DNA of 64,000 bases from Octopus vulgaris (taxonomy: Eukaryota), in NCBI GenBank assembly GCA_951406725.2, contig OX597815.1:14570001-14634000 (forward strand), written 5' to 3'. Positions 1 through 13,678 of the stretch are shown one piece after another. Made by a program: the position numbers and the translations under genes. Numbering within the stretch: position 1 is the first letter of the stretch; each line of letters starts with the position of its first letter. Below the pieces are notes generated by a model. It did not search any database. It was not told the origin of the DNA and saw nothing but the letters and a program-made list of their open reading frames with translations.

Positions 1-220
1 AGAGAGTCGACAAGGCCGGCCCTTTGAAATACAGGTACAACAGAAACAGGAAGTAAGAGTGGGGAAAGTTGTGGTGAAAGAGTACAGCAGGGATCACCAC
101 CATCCCCTGCCGGAGCCTCGTGGAGCTTTAGGTGTTTTCGCTCAATAAACACTCATAACGCCCGGTCTGGGAATCGAAACCGCGAGTCCGCTGCCATAAC
201 CACTGGGCCATTGCGCCTCC
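1..220 (-). mobile_element. tRNA-derived SINE family A, partial (octopus OR-type)
   Basis: Minus strand begins GGAGGCGCAATGGCCCAGTGGTTA (A-box) with GGTTTCGATTCCC (B-box); near-identical to 530-913 and 33575-33957. Confidence 0.85.
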
Positions 221-529
221 TAGGTCTATAAAGTACCACCAATGAAGGGAGGTAGATTGGTGATATTGTTATGCGTCGGAAAGATGCTTTGCTGTATATG
301 TTCTGGTTGTATGCGTTCTATGTTCAAAACCTGATTCGGTCAGCCTCCAATGAAGTGACCTCTTCTAGCTAGACCGATAAAAACCCAAAAAAAAGCACCG
401 AATGTCTTTATTTAGAGCATTGGATTTAAATACATTGTGCAGACACTTATGATTACTTGACGCTTTGATATAGCAAAATTCTGCAGGTATTCAACTTCTA
501 TTATTTCGGTGGGGTCTTAAAAGTTTTTT

Positions 530-913
530 GGAAGCACTCCGTCGGTTACGACGACGAGGGTTCCGGTTGATCCGAATCAACGGAACAGCCTGCTCGTGAA
601 ATTAACGTGTAAGTGGCTGAGCACTCCACAGACACGTGTACCCTTAACGTAGTTCTCGGGGATATTCAGCGTGACACAGAGAGTGACAAGGCCGGCTCCT
701 TTGAAATACAGGTACAACAGAAACATGAAGTAAGAGTGAGGGAAAGTTGTAGTGAAAGAGTACAGCAGGGATCACCACCATCCCCTGCCGGAGCCTCGTG
801 GAGTTTTAGGTGTTTTCGCTCAATAAACACTCATAACGCCCGGTCTGGGAATCGAAACCGCGATCCCATGACCGCGAGTCGGCTGCCCTAACCACTGGGC
901 CATTGCGCCTCCA
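530..913 (-). mobile_element. tRNA-derived SINE family A, full length
   Basis: A/B-box head and same body as 33575-33957. Confidence 0.88.
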
Positions 914-1059
914 CGTAACGAAGTACATACTGTGTGACATAGTGCAAGATTTCCAGTGGGCACTGGTAACTCACTGCCTTCACTGGAACACGTAATATTC
1001 ATATCAGCAATTCTGAGAGAGTGCATAACTGCTACAACTAGTGGGTATTATCAACATTA

Positions 1060-1355
1060 GTGGAGGCACATGGCCTAGTGGTTAGAGCAGCGGACTCGCG
1101 GTCGAGGGATGGCGGGTTCGAATCTCAGACCGGGTGATGTGTGTGTTTATGAGCGAAGCACCTACGCGGCTCCGGCAGAAGGTAATGGCGAACCTCTGCT
1201 GACTCTTTCGCAACAACTTTCTCTCACTCTTTCCTCCTGCATCTTGCAGCTCACCTGCGACGGACCGACGTCCCGTCCAGGTGGGGAACCTATACGCCAA
1301 GGAAACCGGGAAACCGGCCCTTATGAGCCACGCATGGCTCGTGAAGGAACAAACT
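1060..1355 (+). mobile_element. tRNA-derived SINE family B
   Basis: Head GGAGGCACATGGCCTAGTGGTTAG...GGTTCGAATC is related to family A but the 3' half differs; TSD TATTATCAACATT on both sides; second copy at 5302. Confidence 0.88.
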
Positions 1356-2334
1356 TATTATCAACATTGATAGAATTTTAAGGAAGTCGGGAAAATATCT
1401 CGTGGTATTTTGATATTTGGTGGAGACTGAAACCATTATTTCAGAGTGTGACAACCCTGCCTGAAATGAGCCCCAGTCTTAGCTGGATCCGGCTAACAAG
1501 TACTTGGTATGGATCCCTATCTAGAGTTACTGATATCCAGAATTGGGTAAATAACATCAGTGCTTTTGTGATACAAAAGCTTGGGAGTAAAATTTGTGAG
1601 AAACCGTCTTTTGGCCATTCTTGCGGTCAAATAGGTCCAGTACTGCTCGTCACTCCTTTGGACCACAACAGTGCGACAAGGAAAGGATTCTGTCTTCTGT
1701 TTTAACCCAGGATCAAGATACACACAATCAAGGATTGCTCTCTAGAGCGGTCACTTCGATGACACTATAAAAAGCGTGACATTCCGTGTTGGGTTACAGC
1801 TCAAATCTCGATTGACCAGTGGTATAAAACACCGTTATTTCTCGTAACAGACCGAGTCAAAGAAGAAAAAAAGGATTAAGTACGATCCTTTACATTACGA
1901 GTTCAAATCCCATTGAGATCAGTTTTGACTCTCATTCTTCTTGGATCCATAAAACAAGCTTCCTGATAAGTTGATTATATTCCTTTAATGCATCCTAAAT
2001 GTGAATGGAAGAGACGTTTGGTACAAAAATGATACAACCAGTCGAAGGATCGTCGAGTCGAATCTTAACTCTGATACTTTTTGTCCGTAACCAAGAGATT
2101 GACTCCGGAGAGTTATTTTGTCTATATCAATCCTGATCGAAGAAACCTATAATCAACGGTAGTCCGACTGTACTCATATCTTTTTGCGAAGTATACAACT
2201 AAGTCTATATTATCTGATGTCTTTTTTTTCCAATATTGATGACAGTAGAATATGATTTATACAGATTTGGTTTCTATTTCTAATCAGATCGAGCAATCAC
2301 GTAGATGGTTAGCTCGATCGAAATAGGTACCATG

Positions 2335-2552
2335 CGATGGCATAACTCACCTCTGTAGTTAGCAGCAACATCTGAGCCTGGATGCGCATTCACCCATCCG
2401 TCGATGCTCTCGGTGTCGGGGATTGACCTGCTTTCTCCTCTGCGGGTCTTACGAATAGCAAAGGACCACGTTTCGGACTTCTCCCATCTTGCGAGCTCTG
2501 GGAACGAAGACCGCTTCGCTCAACAGCAACAGCAGCAACAGCAGCAACATCA
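2335..2552 (+). mobile_element. Probable 3' end of a non-LTR retroelement with (CAACAG)n tail
   Basis: GC-richer block ending in a caacagcaacagcagc tail; family not identified. Confidence 0.35.
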
Positions 2553-4122
2553 AGATTCCTTCGGTTGACCTACCGAGTTCAGTTCCTCGAGTGGGAAAAG
2601 CTATAAATTAATATCTAGCGGGCGCGGTGAGTTGTCGTCCAACTGCTACAGATCCAAGGAATACAATTCTATGGGTCCTCGTTATTTCGAAAAGTAAACT
2701 GTTTTGCACTTAATGTCTTCACCATCATCTTTTGGAGAAAATGTATTAAGTATTATAGATAGGCCAATAAAAAGAAATGGGAATGGTGATACTCGTAACT
2801 TTCTCAAGTACATTTGCAACATAATCTGAGTGACGGTTTGTTAGCCATTTAACTCTTTCTCGGAAATCAATACAATCGATAAAAAAAGCAATACTGACAA
2901 ACACAACTCTATTAAAATAAACAGATTTGAGATGACAGATGCTGCAATATTGATTTTAACAACCTGTTGCCACTTCATTGTTTTATACCGTATAAAATCT
3001 TTGTTCTAAAGCCTAGTTTCTTTCAATCACATTTTGTTCCTTTAACCTACAAAACATTGCACCACCACCTTCTTCTTGAACAGCGGCTCTCGAACTAACA
3101 AGTACAAGGTCCCTCTAAAAATGTTAGGGACAAATCTTGGCACCATAGAATTTATTAATAAGACAAAACAGACTTTGAGTGCATATCATTTTTCTTTCTT
3201 TATCTTGGTGCTTGACAAAGATGTAAAAAAAAATTTTCCTCGCTATTGTGTTGGATATGTTATTAAAACATTTAAAACCATCCGATCTTCACTCTCACAC
3301 ACCAACAGATGCAATGCTCTGGAGAGCCTCTGTTGTAATCAGTCCAGAGTACATAATTCCTGGGTAAAAAAAAAAGACGAAATTGTCACAACTTTGGTTA
3401 TAGGTTTGCTAAACCAAGGTGGGTTCTGTGTAAAACTACAACAAAACATATTTACAGTTGGCCAACATAGGAACCTTTATGAGACCACTCGTTCTGCTGG
3501 AAATAACCGCCAGATCTCCCTCATATCGTATAGTCTAGCATTTTTGAAAATAGGATAACAATACATTTACATGATGGTGGCGTAGGGAAGAGTAGCATCT
3601 AGCGGTAGAAAAACTGTGCAGACTCGTCCCTCTTTGTTCCAGGAATGGACAGTGATGCAACAATAGCAGCTCACTTAAACAGATGCCCTGCAAGAATGGA
3701 AGCTTGGGTAGACGAGCAATGGAAATAAGAAACCCGTCAAAGTTTATATTGCACTTTGGTAATTGAAGTTATCAATGAAAAATCATTTTTGATATTCAAG
3801 GTGTAATCTATAGACAGCAAGCCGGTATGAGCAGAATGTATCCTCACTCTTTCTAACAAAGCTGCACAGCGCTATGCAAACGTAGGATAAAGAAGAAAGA
3901 AAGAAAACATAGATGTTGAGCATCATGACATACACTTGACTATACTGGACGGCTTCTTCAACCAACTCACTGTAATCATAAAGAAAGTTGTTATGATTGT
4001 CACTAATGACGAGAAAGTGAAGTGACAGAACTGTTAGAGCATCGAACAAAATGTCTCGCATCATTGCTTCCGGCTCTTAACCGTCTTTGCCTTTCATCCT
4101 ATCAAGATTGATAACATTTTAT

Positions 4123-4726
4123 ACCTATTTCTTTATTGCCCACAAGGGGCTAAACACAGAGGGAACAAACAAGGACAGACAAACGGATTAAGTCGATTAC
4201 ATCGACCCCAGTGAGTAACTGGTAGTTATTTAATCGACCCCGAAAGGATGAAAGGCAAAGTCGACCTCGGCGGAATTTGAACTCAGAACGTAACGGCAGA
4301 CGAAATACCTATTTCTTTACTACCCACAAGGGGTTAAAAACAGAGGAGACAAACAAGAACAGACAAACGGATTAAGTCGATTACATCAACCCCAGTGCAT
4401 AACTGGTACTTATTTAATCGACCCCGAAAGGATGAAAGGCAAAGTCGACCTCGGCGGAATTTGAACTCAGAACGTAAAGACAGACGAAATACCTATTTCT
4501 TTACTACCCACAAGGGGACAAACACAGAGGAGACAAACAAGGACAGACAAACGGATTAAGTCGATTACATCAACCCCAGTGCATAACTGGTACTTAGTTA
4601 ATCGACCCCGAAAGGATGAAAGGCAAAGTCGACCTCGGCGGAATTTGAACTCAGAACGTAAAGACAGACGAAATACCGCTAAGCATTTCGTCCGGCGTGC
4701 TAACCATTCTGCCAGATCGCCGCCTT
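4123..4726 (-). mobile_element. SINE family C, head-to-tail trimer
   Basis: Three ~185-bp units with GCCTTTCATCCTTTCGGGGTCGAT; only the 5'-most unit has the AAGGCGGCGA head. Confidence 0.88.
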
Positions 4727-5301
4727 ATATTTTATCATATTTTATACCATCCAATTACTGAGATGGATGGTATCCCCTAGCCTCCTCTCCTCGAAAATGC
4801 TCACTTTGTACCTGCATTGGAAGCAAATAATTGCCACAGTCTCAGCTGATGCCACGACAAGATTTGCTATCAACAATTTAGAACACTAGAGTTAGGTCGC
4901 TACAACAATTGTACTCAACAAAATGCACACAAACTACATTCCATCAGAACTAAGAGCGATGCTATCCCCACAGCATGAGTGATGATGTTTTACAAACAGG
5001 ACAAATAGTTTTAACTGTTGCCGGCGTTTCAACTCTCGATGACACTATTCATAGTTTAGACAGGAGCTTACTGCGCTTGACTATCAGGATGTGAGACATT
5101 TTGGCGGATGAGATACAAATTTTCAATGGTCGAGTACACGAAGACTTCGTGTCACTCTCAATATAGTTAATATAAGGAAACTGATCAGTTTGCTGGAAGT
5201 CTGTAACCAACGATATCATTTGTCACATATGCATGGTACGTATTGCTCTCTGTTACTTTCTTAAGGCTAGACTGCACCACGAAGATCTAATTATCTTGGC
5301 T

Positions 5302-5604
5302 GTGGAGGCACATGGCCTAGTGGTTAGAGCAGCGGACTCGCGGTCGAGGGATCGCGGGTTCAAATCTCAGACCGGGCGATGTTTGTGTTTATGAGCGAAA
5401 CACCTAAGTTCCACGCGGCTCCGGCAGAAGGTAATGGCGAAACTACTGCTGACTCTTTCGCCACAACTTTCTCTCACTTTTTCCTCCTGCATCTTGCATT
5501 TCACCTGCGACGGACCGGCGTCCCGTCCAGGTGAAGAACCTATACGCCAAGGAAACCGGGAAACCGGCCCTTATGAGCCAGGTGTGGCACGAGAAGGAAC
5601 AAAC
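5302..5604 (+). mobile_element. tRNA-derived SINE family B
   Basis: Copy of 1060-1355; TSD AATTATCTTGGCT. Confidence 0.88.
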
Positions 5605-6474
5605 AATTATCTTGGCTATGACAAGATGAGAACCACTCGACTCTCAGTTGATAGAGCAAAGCCTCTACCTGCCTTCAGTCGATTCAGCAAATCATGGTCC
5701 ACATCAAAAGTCTTTATTAGAAGTTCAATAAACAAGGGACTCGTGGGGTTATTCACTGATTAACGGAATAAATAAACAATGTGGGCGGATGAATGAAATT
5801 TCATATCAAAGCTTACTTCCTACAGACTTCCATACTTCAATGTTGTCGGTTCAATTCCTATTGTGGACAACTTTCTGGAGGATATTTTTGATATCTTCAG
5901 CTTTTCCTTATGGACAGTGAAGAGGAAAGGGGGCGGGGGAGGTGTTTTCTTTTGATGTTTTCTTTAGTTTTACAATGACCTTTCAGATTGATGTTGAAGC
6001 GAGATTTTTGTTTTGCTGTTGGTTCTGATAATGTTATTATTGCAGTTACGATGAGAAGGTTGTGACGGTGAAGTTTTCAGTGGCGTCGGGAATGCTGATA
6101 TTAATGTTGCTTGATGGTATTGCTTATGGAGGGTGTGGTTGGTATGAAAGTGATGGTGGGCGACTGTTAAGTGTTGTTGGTAATCTTCGTTGTAGTGACA
6201 GTGGTAATGTTAGTAGCAACCGTAGTAGTGGTAGAGGTGGTGAGACAGTGATGGTGTGGTGTTGATGGCTGTTGTGACGGTGGTGATGGTGTGTGCAGTT
6301 AGTGACGGTGTGTGGTGTCTAGTTAGTATAATAAACAATGTATACTACAGTAGAATACTAAACACAAAATGGTTGACTTCCACGTTAAACTCCAGTAAAC
6401 AGTTTTGACATTTCTACAACACAGTTGTATTGAAACAGAAATTACAGACGTTACACTGGGAATTTGAGAAATTC

Positions 6475-6800
6475 TGTCTTCTTCTTCTTTTCTCTTTCTT
6501 CTCTTTCTTCTTCTTCTTCTCCTTCTTCTTCTACTTCTTCTTCTTCTTCTCTTTCTTTTTCTTCTTCTCCTTCTTCTTCTTCTCTTTCTTCTTCTTCTTC
6601 TCTTCTACATCTCTTTCTTCTTCTCTTCTTCTCTTTTTCTTCTTCTTCTTCTTCTTCTTCTTCTTCTTCTCCTTCTTCTTCTTCATCATCATCATCATCA
6701 TCATCATCATCTTCTTCTTCTTCTTCTTCTTCTTCATCATCATCATCATTATCATCTTCTTCATCATCATCATCATCATCATTATCATCTTCATCATCAC

Positions 6801-6894
<94 letters not shown>

Positions 6895-6990
6895 CCGCCA
6901 TTTTTCTTGTTTTTTATTGTTGCCGTTGTTGTCTTCGCTTTTTTCTTGTTGCTATTGTTTCTTATCGTCGTTGTTGTTGTTGTTGCTGTC
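6475..6990. repeat. Compound trinucleotide microsatellite (CTT)n-(CAT)n-(ATT)n-(GTT)n
   Basis: Directly visible; source of the poly-F/S/I/K pseudo-ORFs. Confidence 0.95.
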
Positions 6991-7134
6991 GATGTTGCAA
7001 TGGACTTTCGCTTTTATTGATGCTGTGCTTTTTGGTTTTGCAGTTGCTATTGTTGATGTCGAAGCTGCTGCCTTTGTTACTTTTAATACTCCATCTTCGC
7101 CATTGTTACTTATACTCCGACTTCTTTATACTCT

Positions 7135-8805
7135 CTGATACACCTGCTTTGTTGTTGTTCTGATACTCCTGTTTTATTATTACTTTTGATATTTCTACTG
7201 TTTTATTGCTCCTGCTTCCGCTTCGATGTTGTTTATGATACTCCGACTTTGTAGTTGCATCTGGTACTCCTGTTTGGTAGTTGCTTCTGATACTCCTGCT
7301 TTGTAGTTGTTTTTTTACTCCTGTTTTGTAGTTACTTCTGATACTCCTGTTTTGCAGTTGCTTCTGATACTCCTGTTATGTAGTTGCATCTGATACTCCT
7401 GCTTTGTAGTTGCTTCTGATACTCCTGTATTGTACTTGCTTCTGATACTTTTTTGTAGTTGCTTTTGATACTCCTGTTTTGTAGTTGCTTCTGATGCTCC
7501 TGTTTTGTAGTTGCTTCTGATACTCCTGTTTTGTACATGCTTCTGATACTCCGGTTTTGTAGTTGCTTCTGATACTCCTGTTTTGTAGTTGCTAATGATA
7601 CTCCGTCTTTTGTAGTTGCATCTTATACTCTTGTTTTGTGGTTGCATCTGATACTCCTGTTTGTAGTTGCTTCTGATACTCCGTCTTTTGTAGTTACTTC
7701 TGATACTCCTGTTTTGTAGTTGCTTCTGATACTCCTGTTTTGTAGTTGCTTCTGATATTCCTGTTTTGTAGTTGCTTCTGATACTCCTGTTTTGTAGTTG
7801 CTTCTGATACTCCTGTTTTGTAGTTGCTTCTGATATTCCTGTTTTGTAGTTGCTTATGATACTCCTGTTTTGTAGTTGCTTCTGATACTCCTGTTTTGTA
7901 GTTGCTTCTGATACTCCTGTTTTGTAGTTACTTCTGATACTCCTGTTTTGTAGTTGCTTCTGATACTCCTGTTTTGTAGTTGCTTCTGATACTCCTGTTT
8001 TGTAGTTGCTTCTGATAATCCTGTTTTGTAGTTGCTTCTGATACTCCTGTTTTGTAGTTGCTTCTGATACTCCGTCTTTTGTAGTTGCATCTTATACTCC
8101 TGTTTTGTAGTTGCTTCTGATACTCCTGTTTTGTAGTTGCTTCTGATACTCCTGTTTTGTAGTTGCCTCTGATACTTCTGTTTTGAGTTGCTTTTGATAC
8201 TCCTGTTTTGTAGTTGCATTTGATACTCCTGTTTTGTAGTTGTTTCTGATATTCCTGTTTTGTAGTTGCTTCTGATACTCCTGTTTTGTAGTTGCTTCTG
8301 ATACTCCGTCTTTTGTAGTTGCATCTGATACTCCTGTTTTGTAGTTGCTTCTGATACTCCGTCTTTTGTAGTTGCATCTTATACTCCTGTTTTGTAGTTG
8401 CTTCTGATACTCCTGTTTTGTAGTTGCTTCTGATACTCCTGTTTTGTAGTTGCTTCTGATACTCCTGTTTTGTAGTTGCTTCTGATACTCCTGTTTTGTA
8501 GTTGCTTCTGATACTACTGTTTTGTAGTTGCTTCTGATACTCCTGTTTTGTAGTTGCATATGATACTCCTGCTTTGTAGTTGCTTCTGATACTCCTGTTT
8601 TGTAGTTGCATCTGATACTCCTGTTTTGTAGTTGCTTCTGATACTCCTGCTTTGTAGTTGCTTCTGATACTCCTGTTTTGTAATTGCTTCTGATACTCCT
8701 GTTTTGTAGTCACTTCTGATACTTTTGTTTTGTACTTGCTTCTGATACTCCTATTTTGTACTTGTTTCTGATACTCCTGTTTTGTAGTTGCTTCCGATAC
8801 TCCTC
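7135..8805. repeat. 26-bp minisatellite, about 60 copies (CTGATACTCCTGTTTTGTAGTTGCTT)
   Basis: Unit directly visible; occasional 27-bp variants containing CCGTCTTTTG. Confidence 0.95.
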
Positions 8806-9279
8806 TGTTAGTTCTCTGAAATTCTACATGACTCTACCAATTTGCAGTTGCTGTTGATGCAGGTAAATCTCTAAAGTCAGAATGTTGCTTTCAGCCAAAA
8901 AGACTTGTATTCAGATACTGATTAATATGTCAGTATATGAGTATGTATTTTAATACATGTAACAACATATATTTTCACGAGAATTCGTCCATTACTGTGG
9001 ACTCGTGTGGAGGCTTCCAAGCCATTGCCATCCTTTTCTTTGTAAAAGTAAACTTGATTCTATACTTCAATGCTTTGAGTAACTTTCCAGTCAGTGTTTG
9101 ACTGTGTGTAGGCTTAAATGTTCATAAATACGTATAGTGAGTGAATGCATGTGTGTGTTTCTGTGCCCGATGAGTTTCATATCGTATCTGTCTCAGAAAT
9201 GTTATTCGCATGCTTTTATTCGATCCAAGGGTAACCTATGTGGCATTCGTCTCCAAAGTGCTGGACTGTGAGAACTGTG

Positions 9280-10187
9280 ACGAGGTACTCGAAAGTAAAC
9301 GGAAATATATTCTGTGGGACGAGTCCATTGTAGTTCAGGCTTCCACCGCTAGAAGTCACTTGATGCAACTATCAGGCATCAGTAACCGACCGGTGGTCTA
9401 AAGTCAGGTCGTATTGCAACATGGTGCGCCTTGATTTGCAGTAATTCTCCCCTGTTCATTAATTTTTGCAATGATTATAACGAAGGAACAGCGTGCTTCC
9501 GCGAAATTCTGTTTTCTGCTGGAGAAAACGGCGGCCGAAATAGTTGCCATGCTTCAAACAAGTTACAAGGACGCTGCAATGAGCAAAGCACGAGTTTACG
9601 AATGGTTTTTCACGCTTTAAGAATGATCACTTGTCGCTTGGAAACCATTTTGTTCATGGCGAACATCGGCTTCCCGAATGAATGAAAACATCATGAAAAT
9701 TTATGAACTGATGTCGGAGGACCGTCATCGAACAATTCTCCAACTTGTTGATATGACTGGTGTGTTCTGGAGCTTCTGACAAAGAATTAATTTTGAGCGA
9801 GGAATTACGAATGAAAAGAGTTACAAGCAAAATTTGTGCCTTGCTTGCTCACGGAAGATCAAAGCAGACACGACTGAATGCGTGTCCTGAACTGAAAGAA
9901 CAGTTGGAAGTTGATCCGGATCTTTTATTCGAAGGTCATCACTGGTGAAGAAGCTAGTGCTACGGAATTTGCAGATGTTGAAAAGGCGAAGAAAAAGAAA
10001 ACGGAGGCATTAAAAAGCATCACTTCACAAGAGCTCCAGCACTGCTTCGAACGGTGGAAAACGCATCTGGACAGATGCATTGCTTCAAATGGAAAATACT
10101 TTGAAGGCAATGAAAGTGTAAACATGAAAAACTAAGTGAATAAAATAATATTGCAAAATTCCGGTTTCTTTTGGGTATCTACTCGTA
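9280..10187 (+). mobile_element. Mariner transposon, internally deleted relic
   Basis: Imperfect TIRs (CGAGGTACTCGAAAGTAAACGGAA / TTCCGGTTTCTTTTGGGTATCTACTCG). Remnants EQRASAKFCFLLEK..VYEWFSRFK, KVITGEE and C-terminal RCIASNGKYFEG. Confidence 0.85.
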
Positions 10188-11015
10188 CGTGTATCGCCTC
10201 AAATATTTTTAACATGTTTATGTTGTTGAGAAAAAGACGGTTGTGGTAGTGATAGTCGTCGTTGACGACGTGATCATCATCATCCTCATCATCGTCATCA
10301 TCATCAGCAGCTGCTGCATTTTTTAGCATGGCGTACGACGATGTTACTGTTGTTGGATAACCACAGGCTAGCACCGACTTAGCAGACTTATGATTAAAGG
10401 CATTCCAGATATGACCATCCTGTCTTTTTGCTCTGAGCAAGGAACTCCGAACCATACAACCCGACCACCTCTGACGAGAACGGTTTCTTTCAAATTCATG
10501 TAATCTTTTCATTACTTTTCATGTGTCTGTGTGTGTGCGCGCGTGTGTGTGTGTGTGTGTGTGTGTGCATGTGTGTGTGTACGTGCATCTGAGTGTGTGT
10601 GCGTGTGTGTATGTACGTGCATCTGTGTATGTGTGTGTGTTTGTCTCCCACAACTGTAAAGTGCTGGGGTCGATAAGTTCGACTACAATTCTTCAAAGCG
10701 GTGCTCCAGCATGGCCGCCGTTTAATAACTGAAACAAATAGAAGATAAGAGACATTATAAATGAATGCTTAAGTGAAATTGACGGTCTTTGTGCGTTTCA
10801 GAATGGCTAACTTATGTTTTCCAAGCCACAATCGCTTTCGTTTCAGCACACGATTTCAGATCAAAACGCTTACTCTACAAATACGTCTCCGTAACATAGT
10901 AATTTCTGCATTTATAAAGATTATCTTCCTTTCGAGAAAAGAATAAACAATTACGATCAACTCCAAATGAGAAAGTGAGAACACCTCACGAACAGAAAAT
11001 TCTCCGAAACTGAGA

Positions 11016-11436
11016 TACCTATTTCTTCATTACGCACGAGGGGCTAAACATAGAGGGGACAAACAAGGACAGACATAGGTATTAAGTCGATTATATCGAC
11101 CCCAGTGCGTAACTGGTACTTACTTTATCCACCCCGAAAGGATGAAAGGCAAAGTCGACCTCGGTGGAATTTGAACTCAGAACGTAACGGCAGACGAAAT
11201 ACCTATTTCTTTACTACCCACAAGGGGCTAAACACAGAGGGGACAAACAAGGACAGACATAGGTATTAAGTCGATTACATCGACTCCAGTGCGTAACTGG
11301 TACTTAATTTATCGACCCCGAAAGGATGAAAGGCAAAGTCGACCTCGGTGGAATTTGAACTCACAACGTTACGGCAGACGAAATACCGCTAAGCATTTTG
11401 CCCGGCGTACTAACGATTCCGCCAGCTCGCCGCCTT
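11016..11436 (-). mobile_element. SINE family C dimer
   Basis: Two units; TSD CCGAAACTGAGA flanks the whole dimer. Confidence 0.88.
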
Positions 11437-11675
11437 CCCGAAACTGAGACACCGTTAAGTAAAAGATTATATATTTGTCTGGAGACAAAAGGGCGGCTGT
11501 GATTATAAGTTTCTCCATCAACAGGAATCGTCACCGCACCAGTTATTTAACGTTAAATCCAGCAGATGAGATACTTAGACATACATAGTGTGTGTATGTA
11601 TGTATGTATGTATGTATGTATGTATGTATGTATGTATGTATGTTGTATTTATTTATGTATGTATGTAAGTACGCA

Positions 11676-11761
<86 letters not shown>

Positions 11762-11970
11762 AAGTTAATCCAAACATGAAAACGCAAAGAGAAAACACAA
11801 CAACGCGAGGACGTGGAACAAGTATAGCGTTATTGGACGCTCAGGAAAGGAAATAAAGAAAGAGGATTTAACGTTTCGAACGGAGCTCTTCGTCAGAAAC
11901 ATAGGAAAAGGAAAGATCCAAGGAAGGGAAGACGGAGGAAAAAAAATCGCCAACGATACACACGCAGTCA
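11762..11970 (-). mobile_element. Penelope-like pLTR fragment inserted in (TA)n
   Basis: About 200-bp element with a second copy at 24851-25036; carries a minimal hammerhead motif as described for Penelope-like elements. Confidence 0.65.
11866..11900 (-). ncRNA. Minimal type I hammerhead ribozyme motif
   Basis: Minus: GUUU-CUGACGA-A-GAGC UCC GUUC-GAAAC-GUU-AAAU; core boxes, stem II and a 4-bp stem I. Confidence 0.7.
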
Positions 11971-11984
11971 AATATTGAATCAAT

Positions 11985-12075
<91 letters not shown>

Positions 12076-12321
12076 TAGATATATATATGTACGTATGTAT
12101 TTATGTATGCATGTATGTATGCATGTACACAGGAAGATAGATACATATATATATACTTAGTTGCACAGACAGGCACATATACATATATGCACACACACAC
12201 ATATACATACATACGCACACACACACATATACATACATACGCACACACACACTTAGACATTTATATATACATATTGATATGCGTGTATGTATTTATGTAC
12301 GTATGTATGTATGAATGTATG

Positions 12322-12364
<43 letters not shown>

Positions 12365-12389
12365 GTATGTATGTATGTATGTATGTGTG

Positions 12390-12423
<34 letters not shown>

Positions 12424-12632
12424 TGTATGTATGTATGCATTATGTATGTATGTGTGTGTATGTATGAATGAATGTATGTATGTATGTATGTATGTATGTG
12501 TGTATGTATGTACGTACGTCCGTATGTATGTATGTATGTATGTATGTACGCATTATGTGTGTATGTATGTATGTATGTATGTATGTATGTATGAATGTAT
12601 GTATGTATGCATTATGTATGTATGTATGTATG

Positions 12633-12666
<34 letters not shown>

Positions 12667-13364
12667 TGTATGTATGTATGTATGTACGTACGTACGTATG
12701 TATGTATGTATGCATTATGTATGTATGTATGTATGTATGTGTGTATGTATGTAATCAGCTCGAAATAATATTGCTTCTGGTTGTTTTATTAATGAAAATT
12801 TTATCAACTCAGAATTGAAAAGAAAGTCAGTTTAATGTTTATTTAATTATTTAGTGTCTGCGGCCCGTAAACCAGCGGCTTTAATAGCTTATATCGTTTA
12901 GATTAATTAAACAGTCTGTTATATAGGTGGAAGAATACTATATGCATATTTTATCTCTTGATTCTTAATTGTTGTTGCCTTCAGTCGCAGAGAAAATGAA
13001 AAATTATAGAAAATTCTTGGAGGAAATCGCCAAATAGATTAATGCCAGAATTAAAAGAAAGAAGGAGAGAGGACTGTGAACATTTCTTAATGATGAATAT
13101 TTGAATAAATAATTTTTAAATTTTCCTCACGTTTTCAACTAAATGAAATCTTGTTTCTCCGAGGTAGTTTCTCAGAGACTGAACTAAACATGGGTTCTAT
13201 GAAGAGACACAAATGTATGTATGCGTATGTGTGCATATGCGTATCTGTGTGTGTGTGTGTGTGTGTGTGCGTGTGTGTGTGTGTGTGTGCGTGCGCACTT
13301 ATGTGTGTGTGTGTGTATGTGTGTGCGTGCGCGCGCATTCGTGTGTGGTGAGAGAATGCATATG

Positions 13365-13424
<60 letters not shown>

Positions 13425-13489
13425 CCCTCTTCAATAATAGCGTAAAAAAGAGATGTATATCAGGAAATAACACATACAACACAACATTG

Positions 13490-13531
<42 letters not shown>

Positions 13532-13587
13532 TTATATATGTATGTATGTATATATGGATGTATGTATGTATACATGTATGTATGTAT

Positions 13588-13678
<91 letters not shown>

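Noticed and set aside
1060-1135. tRNA genes at SINE heads
   Set aside because: The tRNA-like heads continue into SINE bodies with TSDs and are not stand-alone tRNAs.
4123-4726. SINE C multimers as hammerhead retrozymes
   Set aside because: No CUGANGA...GAAA core found on either strand of the unit.
6430-7138. Poly-Ser/Phe/Lys ORFs
   Set aside because: Translation of trinucleotide microsatellites.
7315-8713. Long repetitive ORFs (TTKQEYQKQLQNRSIRSNYKTGVSEA)n
   Set aside because: The 26-bp unit is not a multiple of 3, so the same peptide appears in all three frames; no splice or start context.
7135-8805. CRISPR-like array
   Set aside because: Repeats are contiguous with no unique spacers, there are no cas genes, and the context is eukaryotic.
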